A DNA stretch of 34,985 nt. It comes from Pseudomonadota bacterium. GTDB lineage: Bacteria > UBA10199 > 2-02-FULL-44-16 > JAAZCA01. The notes beneath the pieces are model-generated. The model saw only the letters and a list, made by a program, of their open reading frames with translations, had not been told where the DNA came from and did no database searches. The position numbers and the translations under genes are program-made. Positions 24,860-34,420 of this stretch are shown here, one piece after another (within the stretch, counting starts at the first letter, position 1; each line of letters opens with the position of its first letter). The stretch spans positions 1 to 34,985 of the forward strand of contig JAZDOG010000077.1 of assembly GCA_043798915.1 (NCBI GenBank), given 5' to 3'.

Positions 24860-26248
24860 TCATAGATAGATGTCGCGCTTGCCCTGTCTTAAATTTTCAA
24901 GCGCTTCTTCGGTCCGACGGAGGGTTTTTTTGTCGGTGATTTCGAGCAGCGATTGACTGATGAGCGCTTCGCCCCTCTGCCTCTCTTCCGTGCTGCCGTG
25001 GTCCAGGAGATATTCCTCGAATGTGATGAGGCAGTTCGGATGACAGAGCTTTTTGATCTCGCCCGGCTTTGCCAGATCCATGAAGGACTCGCCGGTCCGC
25101 CCCGATCGGTAGCAAGCGGTGCAGAAACTCGGCAGATGGCCGTTGGCCAGGAGCGCCGCTATCGTCTCGCGCTGGCCCCGCGTGTCGGAGAGGGAAAACT
25201 GGCACGACTCCGCCGTCTTGTCTGTGTATCCGCCGGGGGATGTCCGGGAGCCGGAGCTGATCTGCGATACTCCGAGGCCTATCACCTCGTCGCGGAGCGC
25301 CGGCGGTTCGCGTGTCGAGAGGATGATGCCGGTGTATGGCACCGCGAGGCGGAGGCAGGCCACGATCTTTCGGAAATCGGCGTCGGAGACGGGGGAGGGC
25401 GGCCTTGCGGCGGCTGGCGCGTTGGATGCCGGCTCTATCCGCGGCACCGATATGGTGTGAGGTCCGACCCCGAATCTGCGGTCGAGATATTCCGCGTGCG
25501 CGAAGATCGAGAGGACTTCGAAGCGAAAATCCGCAAGGCCAAACAGCGCGCCGATCCCGATGTCGTCGATCCCGGCCTCTATCGCCCTGTCCGGCGCCTC
25601 GATCCGCCATGCGTAGTCGGCCTTCGGGCCGGAGGGATGCATCCTGGAATAAGTCTCAGGGTGATATGTCTCCTGGAATACCTGATATGTCCCGATCCCG
25701 GCTGCTTTGAGTCGCCGAAACTCCTCGACCGTCATCGGCGCGGCATTGACGTTCGCGCGCCTGATCCGCTCTTCCCCGCGGCGTGCCGCGTAGATTCGGG
25801 CGATCGCGCCTTCGATGTAGTCGATGCCAGTTGCCCTGCCCTCGCCAGCGACGACGAGGAGCCTCTTGTGGCCCTCGGAGAGGAGGGCCTCCGTCTCGCG
25901 GCCGATTTCATCCATCGAGAGCGTCCTGCGCACCATCTCCGCATTGGACCGACGGAAGCCGCAGTAGAGGCAGTCGTTGGCGCACTCGTTGCTCAAGTAG
26001 AGCGGGGCGAAGAGGACGATCCTCTTTCCGTACACGGCCTCCTTCACAAAGCGTGCCGCTTCGAAGATCGCTTCAATCTGCTGCGGGTCGTCGGCAGCGA
26101 GGAGTCGCGCCGTCTCGTCAAGCGTGAGCCCTTTGAGTGCGCAGGCCTTTGAAAGGAGATCGCGCATCTCGCCCTCGGACGGGCGCGCATTTCCCTCGAG
26201 CAGCCGCTCGATGCGCTTGCGGTCGATGATGTCGCAGTGTTTCGTCAT
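24860..26248 (-). CDS. hydG: [FeFe]-hydrogenase maturase HydG
   Basis: LFAPLYLSNECANDCLYC, QETYH, GIDDIGIG and GPHTISVPR. The C-terminal CxxC-x22-C (CTACY...C) distinguishes it from ThiH. Confidence 0.9.
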   Translation of the reverse strand: MTKHCDIIDRKRIERLLEGNARPSEGEMRDLLSKACALKGLTLDETARLLAADDPQQIEAIFEAARFVKEAVYGKRIVLFAPLYLSNECANDCLYCGFRRSNAEMVRRTLSMDEIGRETEALLSEGHKRLLVVAGEGRATGIDYIEGAIARIYAARRGEERIRRANVNAAPMTVEEFRRLKAAGIGTYQVFQETYHPETYSRMHPSGPKADYAWRIEAPDRAIEAGIDDIGIGALFGLADFRFEVLSIFAHAEYLDRRFGVGPHTISVPRIEPASNAPAAARPPSPVSDADFRKIVACLRLAVPYTGIILSTREPPALRDEVIGLGVSQISSGSRTSPGGYTDKTAESCQFSLSDTRGQRETIAALLANGHLPSFCTACYRSGRTGESFMDLAKPGEIKKLCHPNCLITFEEYLLDHGSTEERQRGEALISQSLLEITDKKTLRRTEEALENLRQGKRDIYL

Positions 26249-27540
26249 TATCTTCCCAGGTCCGTAGGCGCGCGGCCGATGCTCTTCAGGAGCTCGATCG
26301 TAGAATGTATCTGTTCCTGCAGCGAGTCGCTCGTCACTTTGCCCGGATAGAGATTGTATTCCGCGCGCATCGCCTGAGGGGTCACGTTGAGCATCAGCGA
26401 GTTGCCCCCTGCCTTGAGCGAGAGTTCGCGGGCCTTGGGCGACAACTGCTCCGTCGCGGTGGTGACCAGTATCCGGGCGTTCGGTACCATGAAGCGGATG
26501 ACCGAGATGAGCTTTATCATCTCGTCGAGCGTTGGCAGCGCCGCATTCTCCAACGGCGTTCCTGGCGAGGGGACGATCGGCGAGAAGGAATACATCTCCG
26601 CCTTGAGCGTCGCCGCGAGCCTTATGTCCTCGATGATATCGCGATGCGTCTGACCCGGCAGGCCCAAGAGCGAGCCGGTGGCGATCATGTATCCCATCCT
26701 GGCCAGCGAATGGAGGAGCGCGATCCTCTCATTATAATCGGAAGTGGGATGCAGCTTGCGATATATCTCGGGGTTCGACGTCTCGAATCGGAGCAGCGCG
26801 CCGCGCGCGCCGGCCGCGTACATCCGCCGGTAGCATTCCTCGCTCCGTTCGCCCACGCTCATGAAGATCAGCACGCCGCACGAGGAGCGCACGCGCCGGA
26901 CGATCTCCACGAGGTCGTCGTCCGAGAACGAATAGTCGTCGCCGGATTGGAGCAGCAGCGTCTTGAAGCCGTGGACGTTGACTGCCTCCACGGAGGCCCG
27001 GACGATCTCGCCGGCTGTGAGCCTCATCCGGCGGATGGATTTGTTCGACGCCCTTATCCCGCAGTAGAGGCAGTCGTGTTTGCAGAAATTTGAGAACTCG
27101 AGGATGCCGTGGACGCAGCATGAGTTGTCAAGCCACCGGTGGCGGATGCTGTTCGCCGTCCCGGCCATGAATTCGATCTCTTCGGCTTTAGTTGAGGATA
27201 AAAGCCGCAGGAGGTTGCCGTCGGTGAGTCTGGCGCCGTTTGCCGTCCTGAGCAGGAGCCGGCTGAGCTCCCTGTCTGCGGGCTGCTTCTCAGGCGGCTG
27301 GGATTGTTTCTCATCCTCAGCCTTGAGTTTATCGAATACGCCGCGCCAGGTCTCCAGAATCTCCAGTGCCTCGTCGTGCGGGACCTTGCGGATGATGAAG
27401 CCGTTCTGGGCGTAGACGTAATCCCCTTTGACAAGGCCCTCCATGCCGTCCGTGACCGCCTCGCGGCGCTGCCCGAAATAGTCGATGGCGACATGGTCCC
27501 CCTCGACCGACTCGATTTTGCCTGGCATTGCGTAACACAT
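26248..27540 (-). CDS. hydE: HypC-like domain fused to a HydE-like radical SAM enzyme
   Basis: N-terminus MCYAMPGKIESV...GDYVYAQNGFII..V..DEA resembles HypC/HupF. Then GILEFSNFCKHDCLYCGIR, LQSG, LRFET and NVTP...YNLYPGK (HydE). TAATG overlap with hydG. Confidence 0.82.
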   Translation of the reverse strand: MCYAMPGKIESVEGDHVAIDYFGQRREAVTDGMEGLVKGDYVYAQNGFIIRKVPHDEALEILETWRGVFDKLKAEDEKQSQPPEKQPADRELSRLLLRTANGARLTDGNLLRLLSSTKAEEIEFMAGTANSIRHRWLDNSCCVHGILEFSNFCKHDCLYCGIRASNKSIRRMRLTAGEIVRASVEAVNVHGFKTLLLQSGDDYSFSDDDLVEIVRRVRSSCGVLIFMSVGERSEECYRRMYAAGARGALLRFETSNPEIYRKLHPTSDYNERIALLHSLARMGYMIATGSLLGLPGQTHRDIIEDIRLAATLKAEMYSFSPIVPSPGTPLENAALPTLDEMIKLISVIRFMVPNARILVTTATEQLSPKARELSLKAGGNSLMLNVTPQAMRAEYNLYPGKVTSDSLQEQIHSTIELLKSIGRAPTDLGR

Positions 27541-27618
27541 GGTTGCCCGCAAAACACGTTATGGCGCTATTGTCAACGAGTTCCATCCTCGCAAAATCGG
27601 AAAAGTGGATCACGATAT

Positions 27619-27739
27619 GTATCGAGCCGGGGAGTTGTCTATTGCTGGACGAACTTCGGAGGGGGAACCCCCCTCCCCGCGCCTGACGGCGCGGTTCCCC
27701 TCCCCACGTCCTGCAATAGACAACTCCCCGGCTCGATAC
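27619..27739. repeat. 121-bp element with 33-bp terminal inverted repeats (MITE/REPIN-like)
   Basis: 27619-27651 GTATCGAGCCGGGGAGTTGTCTATTGCTGGACG matches the reverse complement of 27707-27739 with 1 mismatch. Internal hairpin CCGCGCC-TGAC-GGCGCGG. Confidence 0.88.
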
Positions 27740-27871
27740 GTTCTCCTTAGCCACTTTTCCGAATTTCACGCAGATTCCATCTGTGCTGGATCACCGGTGG
27801 TTTCAATAGATTTCCGTTGAATAGTGAACGACGGCTGGCTTACAATATCGCCAAACGATAGGGGGTGCCAT

Positions 27872-28114
27872 ATGGGACAGAGGATGACTTGGGAAGAGAT
27901 GAAAACGGTTTATCCGGACGAGTGGCTTTTGATTATAGATTGTGAAGAAAATGGAGCGGGCCAACTTCTCTCCGGTGTTGTTGCAAGACATTCGATGGAT
28001 GATCAGGAAGTTTTTCACCCGCCAGCCTTGGACAAGGACTGCACTTTTAAATATACCGGAGAATGCCAATTTCCCGGCGGGTGGAGGGCCCATGCCGACC
28101 ATAACCACTTTTGA
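27872..28114 (+). CDS. DUF5678-like small protein
   Basis: MTWEEMKTVYPDEWLLI...FKYTG. Paralog of 1198-1500; overlaps the downstream protease by 23 nt. Confidence 0.72.
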   Translation: MGQRMTWEEMKTVYPDEWLLIIDCEENGAGQLLSGVVARHSMDDQEVFHPPALDKDCTFKYTGECQFPGGWRAHADHNHF

Positions 28115-28487
28115 TGTAAGCAAACGCTATATTTTTACCTTCGCGTATGTGATCACAAAAACCGGCAATCGACATAAGTTTGATGTCCTCCTTGATACCG
28201 GGGCCCCTCTGACGGAATTTTCGGATGAGGCATTGCAAGTGGCCGGGCTTCTGAAGGATACAAAAGAGAATGTTGAATTGAAGCGAGGATTTCAAACGCA
28301 GAAGTATGGCAAGGTTGTGCTTCCCATGATTGAGATATGTTCCCATCCCATCAACAACCTGGAAGTCTATGTTTCACATTTTGATAAATCCTGGGGAGTC
28401 AAGGCTCTCATTGGCCTCGATTTTTTCAGGCGGTTCCGTGTGACAGTTGACTATAAGGCAGGGCAGCTCATCACTGAGCCATTTTAA
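28092..28487 (+). CDS. Retropepsin-like (clan AA) aspartyl protease
   Basis: LLDTGA catalytic motif and C-terminal ALIGLDFF. GGAGG RBS before ATG 28092; 131 aa. Confidence 0.88.
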   Translation: MPTITTFDVSKRYIFTFAYVITKTGNRHKFDVLLDTGAPLTEFSDEALQVAGLLKDTKENVELKRGFQTQKYGKVVLPMIEICSHPINNLEVYVSHFDKSWGVKALIGLDFFRRFRVTVDYKAGQLITEPF

Positions 28488-28504
28488 GCCACTCTTCCAA
28501 TGTG

Positions 28505-29503
28505 CTAACCGTTTTTTCGAAACGCGCGGTAGATCCACACATGATAGAGGATGACGAGCGGCATGCCGATGGCGGCGATGACTAGCATCGCCTTGAGTGT
28601 GAGGGCCGAGGAAGCGGAGTTGGAGATCGTTACGCTGAAGGCTGGGTTTCCGATAGATGGGACGATGTTTGGAAAGATCGCCGCGGCGACGGTGGCGACC
28701 GACATTGCCGAGGCCAGGGCCGATGCGGCGAATGCCGCTTTTGGTTTTTGGCCCCAGCTCAAGATCGCCGCGGCGAGGAGCGACAGCAAGGCCAGGATGG
28801 GGATCATGGCGAGGCCGGGGAATTGGCGGAAATTTGCAAAGAGCGATGGATGGTGGATCGCCGATGCCGCGAGGAATATTGCGAAGATGTTGAGTGCGAC
28901 GATTGCTCCGGCGCCCGCGCGCTTCTGCCAGCGTGCTGCCAGCGCTGCCTCCGTCTTCGTGGCGAGGAATGCCGCACCGTGCGCGGCGAAGAGGGCCAGC
29001 GTGGCCGCGCCGGCAAGGAGGGCGAGCGGGTTCATGAAATCCGCGATGCCTATGGTGGACCACATCGAGCTGTCGAGCGGGATGCCCTGCAGGAGGTTCC
29101 CTGCCGCCATCCCGAAGATGACCGGCGGGGCTGCGCTCCCAAGGCCGAAGGCCAGATCCCAGAGCCGCCGCCACGGCCTGCTCTCAAGCTTTTCACGAAA
29201 CTCGATCGCTATTGCGCGAAGGATGAGTGCCACGATCAGGAGGAGGATGGCGGGGGAGAAGGCGCTGAAGAGAGTCGCATAGGCTTGCGGGAACGCGGCG
29301 AAGAGTGCCCCGCTGCCGGTGATGAGCCAAACCTCGTTGCCGTCCCAGAAGGGTTCGACGGCCGCGATGATCGCTTCCCGGCCTTCATCATCCCGCTCGA
29401 AGAGCGACCAGAAGCCCGCGCCGAGGTCGAATCCATCCAGGACCGCATAGACGGTGATGAATGCGGCGATGATCAGAAACCAGACGAAAGCGAGCGGGCT
29501 CAT
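28505..29503 (-). CDS. cydB: Cytochrome bd oxidase subunit II
   Basis: VYAVLDGFDLG, PFWDGNEVWL and LFAAFP.AY. Confidence 0.96.
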   Translation of the reverse strand: MSPLAFVWFLIIAAFITVYAVLDGFDLGAGFWSLFERDDEGREAIIAAVEPFWDGNEVWLITGSGALFAAFPQAYATLFSAFSPAILLLIVALILRAIAIEFREKLESRPWRRLWDLAFGLGSAAPPVIFGMAAGNLLQGIPLDSSMWSTIGIADFMNPLALLAGAATLALFAAHGAAFLATKTEAALAARWQKRAGAGAIVALNIFAIFLAASAIHHPSLFANFRQFPGLAMIPILALLSLLAAAILSWGQKPKAAFAASALASAMSVATVAAAIFPNIVPSIGNPAFSVTISNSASSALTLKAMLVIAAIGMPLVILYHVWIYRAFRKNG

Positions 29504-30852
29504 TCGGCTGCCCCCTTTCTCTCATCCTCCGGTCCCCGTCGCACCTTTCGCACGACGAGGAAGAGCCAGGCGGCGAAGATCAGCGCATAGAGGAACGAGA
29601 AGATCACGAGCTGGGCGAGTGGCCGCGACGCCGGAAGAAATGCTGAAATCGCATCGCGGGTCTTGAGCACATGGTAGACCGCCCACGGCTGGCGCCCGAC
29701 CTCCGCCGTGATCCACCCCAGCTCGTTGGCGATGAATGGCAGCGGGATCGCAAGGATGGCGATTACAGAATACCAGCGCGACTCGAAGAGCTTGTTTTTG
29801 CGGAGGAGGATGAGGCCCAGGAGCGCAAACGCGATCAGGAAGAGGCCGATGGCCACCATGAGATGAAAGGAGATGAATGTGAGCGCCAGCGGCGGCCGCT
29901 CGTCGAGAGGGATTTCACTCAGCCCCATCACCACCGCGTTGAAGTCTCCAAACGCGAGAAGGCTCAAGAGGCCGGGGATGCGAACGGCGTGGCGCACGGT
30001 TCCCGCCGCCTCGTCGGGGATGCCGAAGAGAAGGACCGGGGCATGGGACTGCGTCGTGAGGACGCCTTCGATCGTCGCAAGCTTTTCCGGCTGCGTCGCG
30101 GCCACCTGGATCGCATGGTAGTGCCCGAGTCCCAGCTGTGCCACCGAGGAGATCGCTGCCACGATGAGCGCCATGCGCATCGAGCGCCTCGCGAACTCGG
30201 CGTGCCTTTTTTTGAGCAGATAGAAGGCCGATACACCCGCGACGAAGAATGCGCCGGTCATGACGGCGCTCGCCAGCGTGTGCGAGAGCCTCGGCAGCAG
30301 AGAAGGATTGAAGACCGCGGCCCAGAAGTCGGTGAGGGTAGCGCGCCCTCCGACGACGGTGAAACCGGCCGGCGTCTGCATCCAGGAGTTGGCGACGAGG
30401 ATCCAGAATGCCGAGAGCGTCGCCCCCAAGGCTACGAGGAGCGAAGAGCCCCAGAGCGATCGCACCGACAGGCGCTTCCAGCCGTAGATGAGCGCGGCGA
30501 CGAAGATCGATTCGACGAAGAAGGCCAGAATCCCCTCGGCCGCCAGCGGCGCCCCGAAGACGTCGCCCACGAAGAGGGAGAAGCGGCCCCAGTTCATCCC
30601 GAACTGCATCTCCATCGTGATGCCTGTCGCGACCCCGACGACGAAGGTGACGGCAAAGATGGATGTCCAGAAGCGCGCCATGCTGCCCCACACCTCGTCG
30701 CCCGTCCGCCTGTATTTCGTCATCATCCAGAAGATGAGCCAGCTCATGCCGATCGTGAGCGGCGGGAAGAGGTAATGAAACCCGATGGTGAAGGCGAACT
30801 GTATCCTGGCGAGCAGCGCGGCGTCCATAGAGAGCGGCATATTACTACGCAT
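29500..30852 (-). CDS. cydA: Cytochrome bd oxidase subunit I (true start probably ATG 30828 or 30840)
   Basis: ARIQFAFT..FHY, QFGMNW, ANSWMQTP, QPEKLA..E, FHLMV and GW..AEVGRQPW. Confidence 0.96.
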   Translation of the reverse strand: MRSNMPLSMDAALLARIQFAFTIGFHYLFPPLTIGMSWLIFWMMTKYRRTGDEVWGSMARFWTSIFAVTFVVGVATGITMEMQFGMNWGRFSLFVGDVFGAPLAAEGILAFFVESIFVAALIYGWKRLSVRSLWGSSLLVALGATLSAFWILVANSWMQTPAGFTVVGGRATLTDFWAAVFNPSLLPRLSHTLASAVMTGAFFVAGVSAFYLLKKRHAEFARRSMRMALIVAAISSVAQLGLGHYHAIQVAATQPEKLATIEGVLTTQSHAPVLLFGIPDEAAGTVRHAVRIPGLLSLLAFGDFNAVVMGLSEIPLDERPPLALTFISFHLMVAIGLFLIAFALLGLILLRKNKLFESRWYSVIAILAIPLPFIANELGWITAEVGRQPWAVYHVLKTRDAISAFLPASRPLAQLVIFSFLYALIFAAWLFLVVRKVRRGPEDERKGAAE

Positions 30853-30878
30853 GTAGTGGCGGGCAAGCGGTTTTTACA

Positions 30879-33800
30879 CTAGTTCTGGAGCAAAACGGAG
30901 ATATCGCCGGCAACATCGTCAGTTATCGCTAAATCGACCTTGCCGTCCTTGTCAAAGTCAGCGGCAATCAAACTGTTGTTGTTTCCAATAGTGGGGCCAG
31001 CATCGTAATAAGAAGTCGCGAATATCCCGGTGCCATTATTCAGCAAAAGGGCGATGTTCCAATCGGCGCCCTTAAAGGTTCCTACCGCCAGATCTATGTC
31101 GTTATCCCCGTCAATATCCGCGGCGATTATACGGCGTGGATCGCCGTCGGCGATAGGATAATCGGTCTTTGCTAGAAACGTCCCGTCGCCGTTGCCGAGA
31201 AGGACAGAAACATTGGCCGCAGGCAAAAACGAAAGGGCAGCCAGATCGATATTGCCGTCGCCGTTGAAGTCGCCCGAGATTAGCCATGCCTTGGCGCCTG
31301 CGCCGAGCCCTCCTGCTTCGTAGCCGGCCGCCGCATTGAATGTCCCATTGCCAACGCCTAGCCAAACGGAGACACCATCGCCACCGGCATTCTCCGTCGC
31401 CAGATCGATATTGCCGTCGTTATTGAAATCCGCCGCCACTATATACCACGGGAGGGAGCCAACACCGCTGGTGTTGTATGTGACAGGCGCCGCAAATACC
31501 CCGGCGCCGTTGTTGATCAGGACGGCAATGTAGTTGTTGGTAAAATTGGTCACTGCCAGATCGACATCTCCATCCCCGTCAAAATCTGCCGCGGTCGAAC
31601 AATACGGGCTATTTCCGGCGGCATAAGCCGCCGCCGCTCCGAACGTCCCGTCGCCGGCGCCAAGGCGGACGGAAACAGTAGCATTGGCAGGGACGCCAGA
31701 TCCATTGTAGACAGTCGCCATATCCATGTTCCCGTTGCCATTGAAATCCGCCGCGACCACGCAAACGGGAGACACTTTTCCTCCGCCGCCGTAATCCGCG
31801 TTGAACACGAACGCCCCGGCGCCGTTGCCGAGGTATATCGTAGTGGCTCCGTCCACAAGATTAACATCAGTTACTGCAAGATCGAGTTTGCCGTCGCCGT
31901 CGAAATCCGCCGTCGCGATCCCCCCCTGTGGTACGATACCGGCTCCGGAGTGCGCCGGCGCAGCAAAACCCGGAACTGATGTTGCCACAAAGATGTCTGT
32001 GAGAGCGGCTATCTCCACGTCATTCGTGGACGCGTCCCCGTCGAAATTAGCTGTGTCGTCGGCCGCATTCGTGGCGACCATGCCGACCGTGGGCTTTGTG
32101 AGCCCGGTCGGTATCTTGAGGGTGGACGTGCGATAGAGATTTAAGTTTGCAGGCGTCAGGAATATCCAGCCGATGCTGTTATTCAAGAGGGGCACTGCGC
32201 CGCGAATGTATTCCTTGCCGTCGGTCACGCCTCCGCCGTCCAGATCGTTTATAGTAAACACCTGATTTGCTGTGAGGGTCGGGTCCGTGGATCCCTCGCA
32301 GGTGTACGTCACGGAAGCGGCGGTATAAGCACCTGCCGGCAAGTTCCCGCCGCCATTTACGGTGATGGCACGGGTCGCGGGGGTAAAGGTGAGCCACGCC
32401 GGCAGATCGGGTATCGAGTACGTGAGGGCCGGGCCGTAATTCGTGGGCGTGCATACAGGGAGCGTGATCGCACCGAGCGCCTGACCCACCACCATGCCGT
32501 AGGTGTTGTTTAAACCCAGCTGAGTGCGGATTGCCACCAGTGTGGGGGGCGTCAAAATCGCCCAAATCGCGTACAGGTCGACGTTGGCCCCGCCCATGGG
32601 GAATACGTCCGCCGGTGCATAGGTTGTCCCGCTTACATCCGCCGCTGTATTCCAGCCCTCGAAGGCGTAACCGCCGGCCTTTACGAGGTTGCCTGTGTTG
32701 CCGAGGACCGTGACGTTCTGGGCCACCCAGTAGTTGTTCAAGTCGACCGGCACAGCGCCGCCGGTGTTGGTATTGCCATGATAGGTGACCGTGTATGTCG
32801 GATCGGCCGTCCACTGCGCAAAGAGCGTCACATTAGCCCCACCCATGGCAAATATGGCCGCCGGCGCATAGGTGTCTCCGCCTCCGCCCGTCTGTGTATT
32901 CCAGTTCGCGAAAGTAAAATTCAATCTCACGAGTGTGTTTTGGCCGAGGACCGTCACGTTATCGCCAGTCTCGTAGTTATTGCCGTCGGCGGGCGCAGCT
33001 CCTCCAGTGTTGCCGTTGCCGTTGTAGGTGACCGTGTATGTCGGATTGGCTGTCCATCTGGCATAGAGCGTCACATTGGCCGCGCCTATGGCAAATATGT
33101 CCGCCGGTGCATAGGTGGTCCCGCCTCCACCCGCCTGTGTGTTCCAGCCCGAGAAAGTAAAATGGTCTTTCACGAGCGCGCCTGTATTGCCGAGGACCGT
33201 GACCGTCTGGCCATTTTCGTAATTGGTTGCGTCGGCCGGCGCAGCTCCGCCAGTGCTGACGTTGTCATTGTAGGTGACGGTGTATGTGGGCGTCCACTGT
33301 GCGTAGAGCGTCCTGTTGGCCGCGCCCATGGCAAATGTCTGCCCCCCTGTGTAGGTGGTCCCGCCTCCGTTCGCCTGTGTGTTCCAGCCCGCAAAAATAG
33401 AATTGGTTTTTACAAGATTTCCGGTATTGGCAAGGACCGTGACTATCTGGCCATTTTCGTAATTGGTCAGGTCGGCCGGCACAGTGCCGCCTGTATTGGC
33501 GTTGCCGTCGTATGTGACCGTGTAGGTGGGATTGGTCGTCCACTTTGCATAGAGTGTCACATTGGCCGCGCCGATGGTGATTGTCGTGGACTGCGTATAG
33601 GTGGTCCCGCCTCCGTTCGCCTGTGTGTTCCAGCCCGAGAAGGTAGATCCGGCTTTTACGAGGGTGCCTGTATTGGCGAGAACCGTAGCGGCCATGTCCT
33701 GTTCATAGTTGGTCGTGTCTGTCGGCACGGCGCCGCCGGTATTGGTGTTGCCGTCGTAGGTGACCGTGTAGGTAGGGCTGTTCGTCCACCTCGCATAGAG

Positions 33801-34160
33801 CGTCACATTGGCCGAACCGATGGTGAATGTTTGTCCCTGCGTATAGGTGGTTCCGCCTCCGTCATCCCGTGTGTTCCAGCCTGAGAAGGCATAATCAGTT
33901 CTTGCAAGATTTCCGGCATTGCCAGGGATCGTGACGATCTGGCCCGGCACGTACGTGGTTGTGTCGGTCGGCGCAGTGCCGCCGGTATTGTAATTGCCGT
34001 CATAGGTTACGGTGTATGTGTTTAGACCGCCGCCTTCGGAGCTGTTCGACGTCAACAGGTCAAAGCCTCCCTTGCATCCACACACCACCACCATCGGGAG
34101 CAGGATCAGAAGGAACCCGACAAACAGCTTCGAATAGAACCCTTTTGAGTTTCTATTCAC
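30879..34160 (-). CDS. Large surface lipoprotein or adhesin: 6 InlB B-repeats, Ig-like domain, 7 FG-GAP/VCBS repeats
   Basis: Lipoprotein-like signal (VVVCG-C). Six TYTVTY.GN...GW/NWNT...YA.W units and seven (A/G)DF(N/D)xDGxxDLA-type blades. GAGGAG RBS before GTG 34160. Confidence 0.85.
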   Translation of the reverse strand: MNRNSKGFYSKLFVGFLLILLPMVVVCGCKGGFDLLTSNSSEGGGLNTYTVTYDGNYNTGGTAPTDTTTYVPGQIVTIPGNAGNLARTDYAFSGWNTRDDGGGTTYTQGQTFTIGSANVTLYARWTNSPTYTVTYDGNTNTGGAVPTDTTNYEQDMAATVLANTGTLVKAGSTFSGWNTQANGGGTTYTQSTTITIGAANVTLYAKWTTNPTYTVTYDGNANTGGTVPADLTNYENGQIVTVLANTGNLVKTNSIFAGWNTQANGGGTTYTGGQTFAMGAANRTLYAQWTPTYTVTYNDNVSTGGAAPADATNYENGQTVTVLGNTGALVKDHFTFSGWNTQAGGGGTTYAPADIFAIGAANVTLYARWTANPTYTVTYNGNGNTGGAAPADGNNYETGDNVTVLGQNTLVRLNFTFANWNTQTGGGGDTYAPAAIFAMGGANVTLFAQWTADPTYTVTYHGNTNTGGAVPVDLNNYWVAQNVTVLGNTGNLVKAGGYAFEGWNTAADVSGTTYAPADVFPMGGANVDLYAIWAILTPPTLVAIRTQLGLNNTYGMVVGQALGAITLPVCTPTNYGPALTYSIPDLPAWLTFTPATRAITVNGGGNLPAGAYTAASVTYTCEGSTDPTLTANQVFTINDLDGGGVTDGKEYIRGAVPLLNNSIGWIFLTPANLNLYRTSTLKIPTGLTKPTVGMVATNAADDTANFDGDASTNDVEIAALTDIFVATSVPGFAAPAHSGAGIVPQGGIATADFDGDGKLDLAVTDVNLVDGATTIYLGNGAGAFVFNADYGGGGKVSPVCVVAADFNGNGNMDMATVYNGSGVPANATVSVRLGAGDGTFGAAAAYAAGNSPYCSTAADFDGDGDVDLAVTNFTNNYIAVLINNGAGVFAAPVTYNTSGVGSLPWYIVAADFNNDGNIDLATENAGGDGVSVWLGVGNGTFNAAAGYEAGGLGAGAKAWLISGDFNGDGNIDLAALSFLPAANVSVLLGNGDGTFLAKTDYPIADGDPRRIIAADIDGDNDIDLAVGTFKGADWNIALLLNNGTGIFATSYYDAGPTIGNNNSLIAADFDKDGKVDLAITDDVAGDISVLLQN
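32560..34020 (-). repeat. Intragenic tandem repeats (about 240-246 bp unit) encoding InlB B-repeats
   Basis: For example, CCGCCTCCGTTCGCCTGTGTGTTCCAGCCCG recurs at 33361 and 33607. Boundaries are approximate. Confidence 0.85.
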
Positions 34161-34236
34161 GTTTAATCTCCTCGGTTACAACTCAAGCCTCAGCTACTGG
34201 ACCACGCCTTAGGGCGCCGCCCCCCTGCAGTAAGTG

Positions 34237-34253
34237 TGCAATTGTCATGCCGA
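34237..34253 (-). promoter_or_regulatory. Putative sigma54 (-24/-12) promoter
   Basis: Minus strand tcGGCATgacaaTTGCa gives GG-N10-GC, about 75 nt upstream of GTG 34160. Confidence 0.6.
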
Positions 34254-34420
34254 TACCCCACTCGTTTTTCGCGCAATAATACTCTTTAATATCGAATAGT
34301 TAAAAAACAGAGGAGGGGTTGAAAAGCGGCCTGATGGGTGTTTTTTGACTCAAATTGTCAACTTTTTGACGATCAAAATGAGATTCCCAAAGGGTCCGCT
34401 TCGTCTGATGTTGTTATAGA

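Noticed and set aside
24860..26248. ThiH instead of HydG
   Set aside because: The C-terminal CxxC-x22-C extension, GPHT motif and hydE neighbour indicate HydG, and no thi genes are present.
26248..27540. PylB or BioB instead of HydE
   Set aside because: The YNLYPGK-type C-terminal motif and coupling to hydG favour HydE. No pyl or bio genes or tRNA-Pyl are in the window.
32560..34020. CRISPR array
   Set aside because: The repeats are ~240-bp in-frame protein domain repeats, not short repeats with unique spacers. No cas genes.
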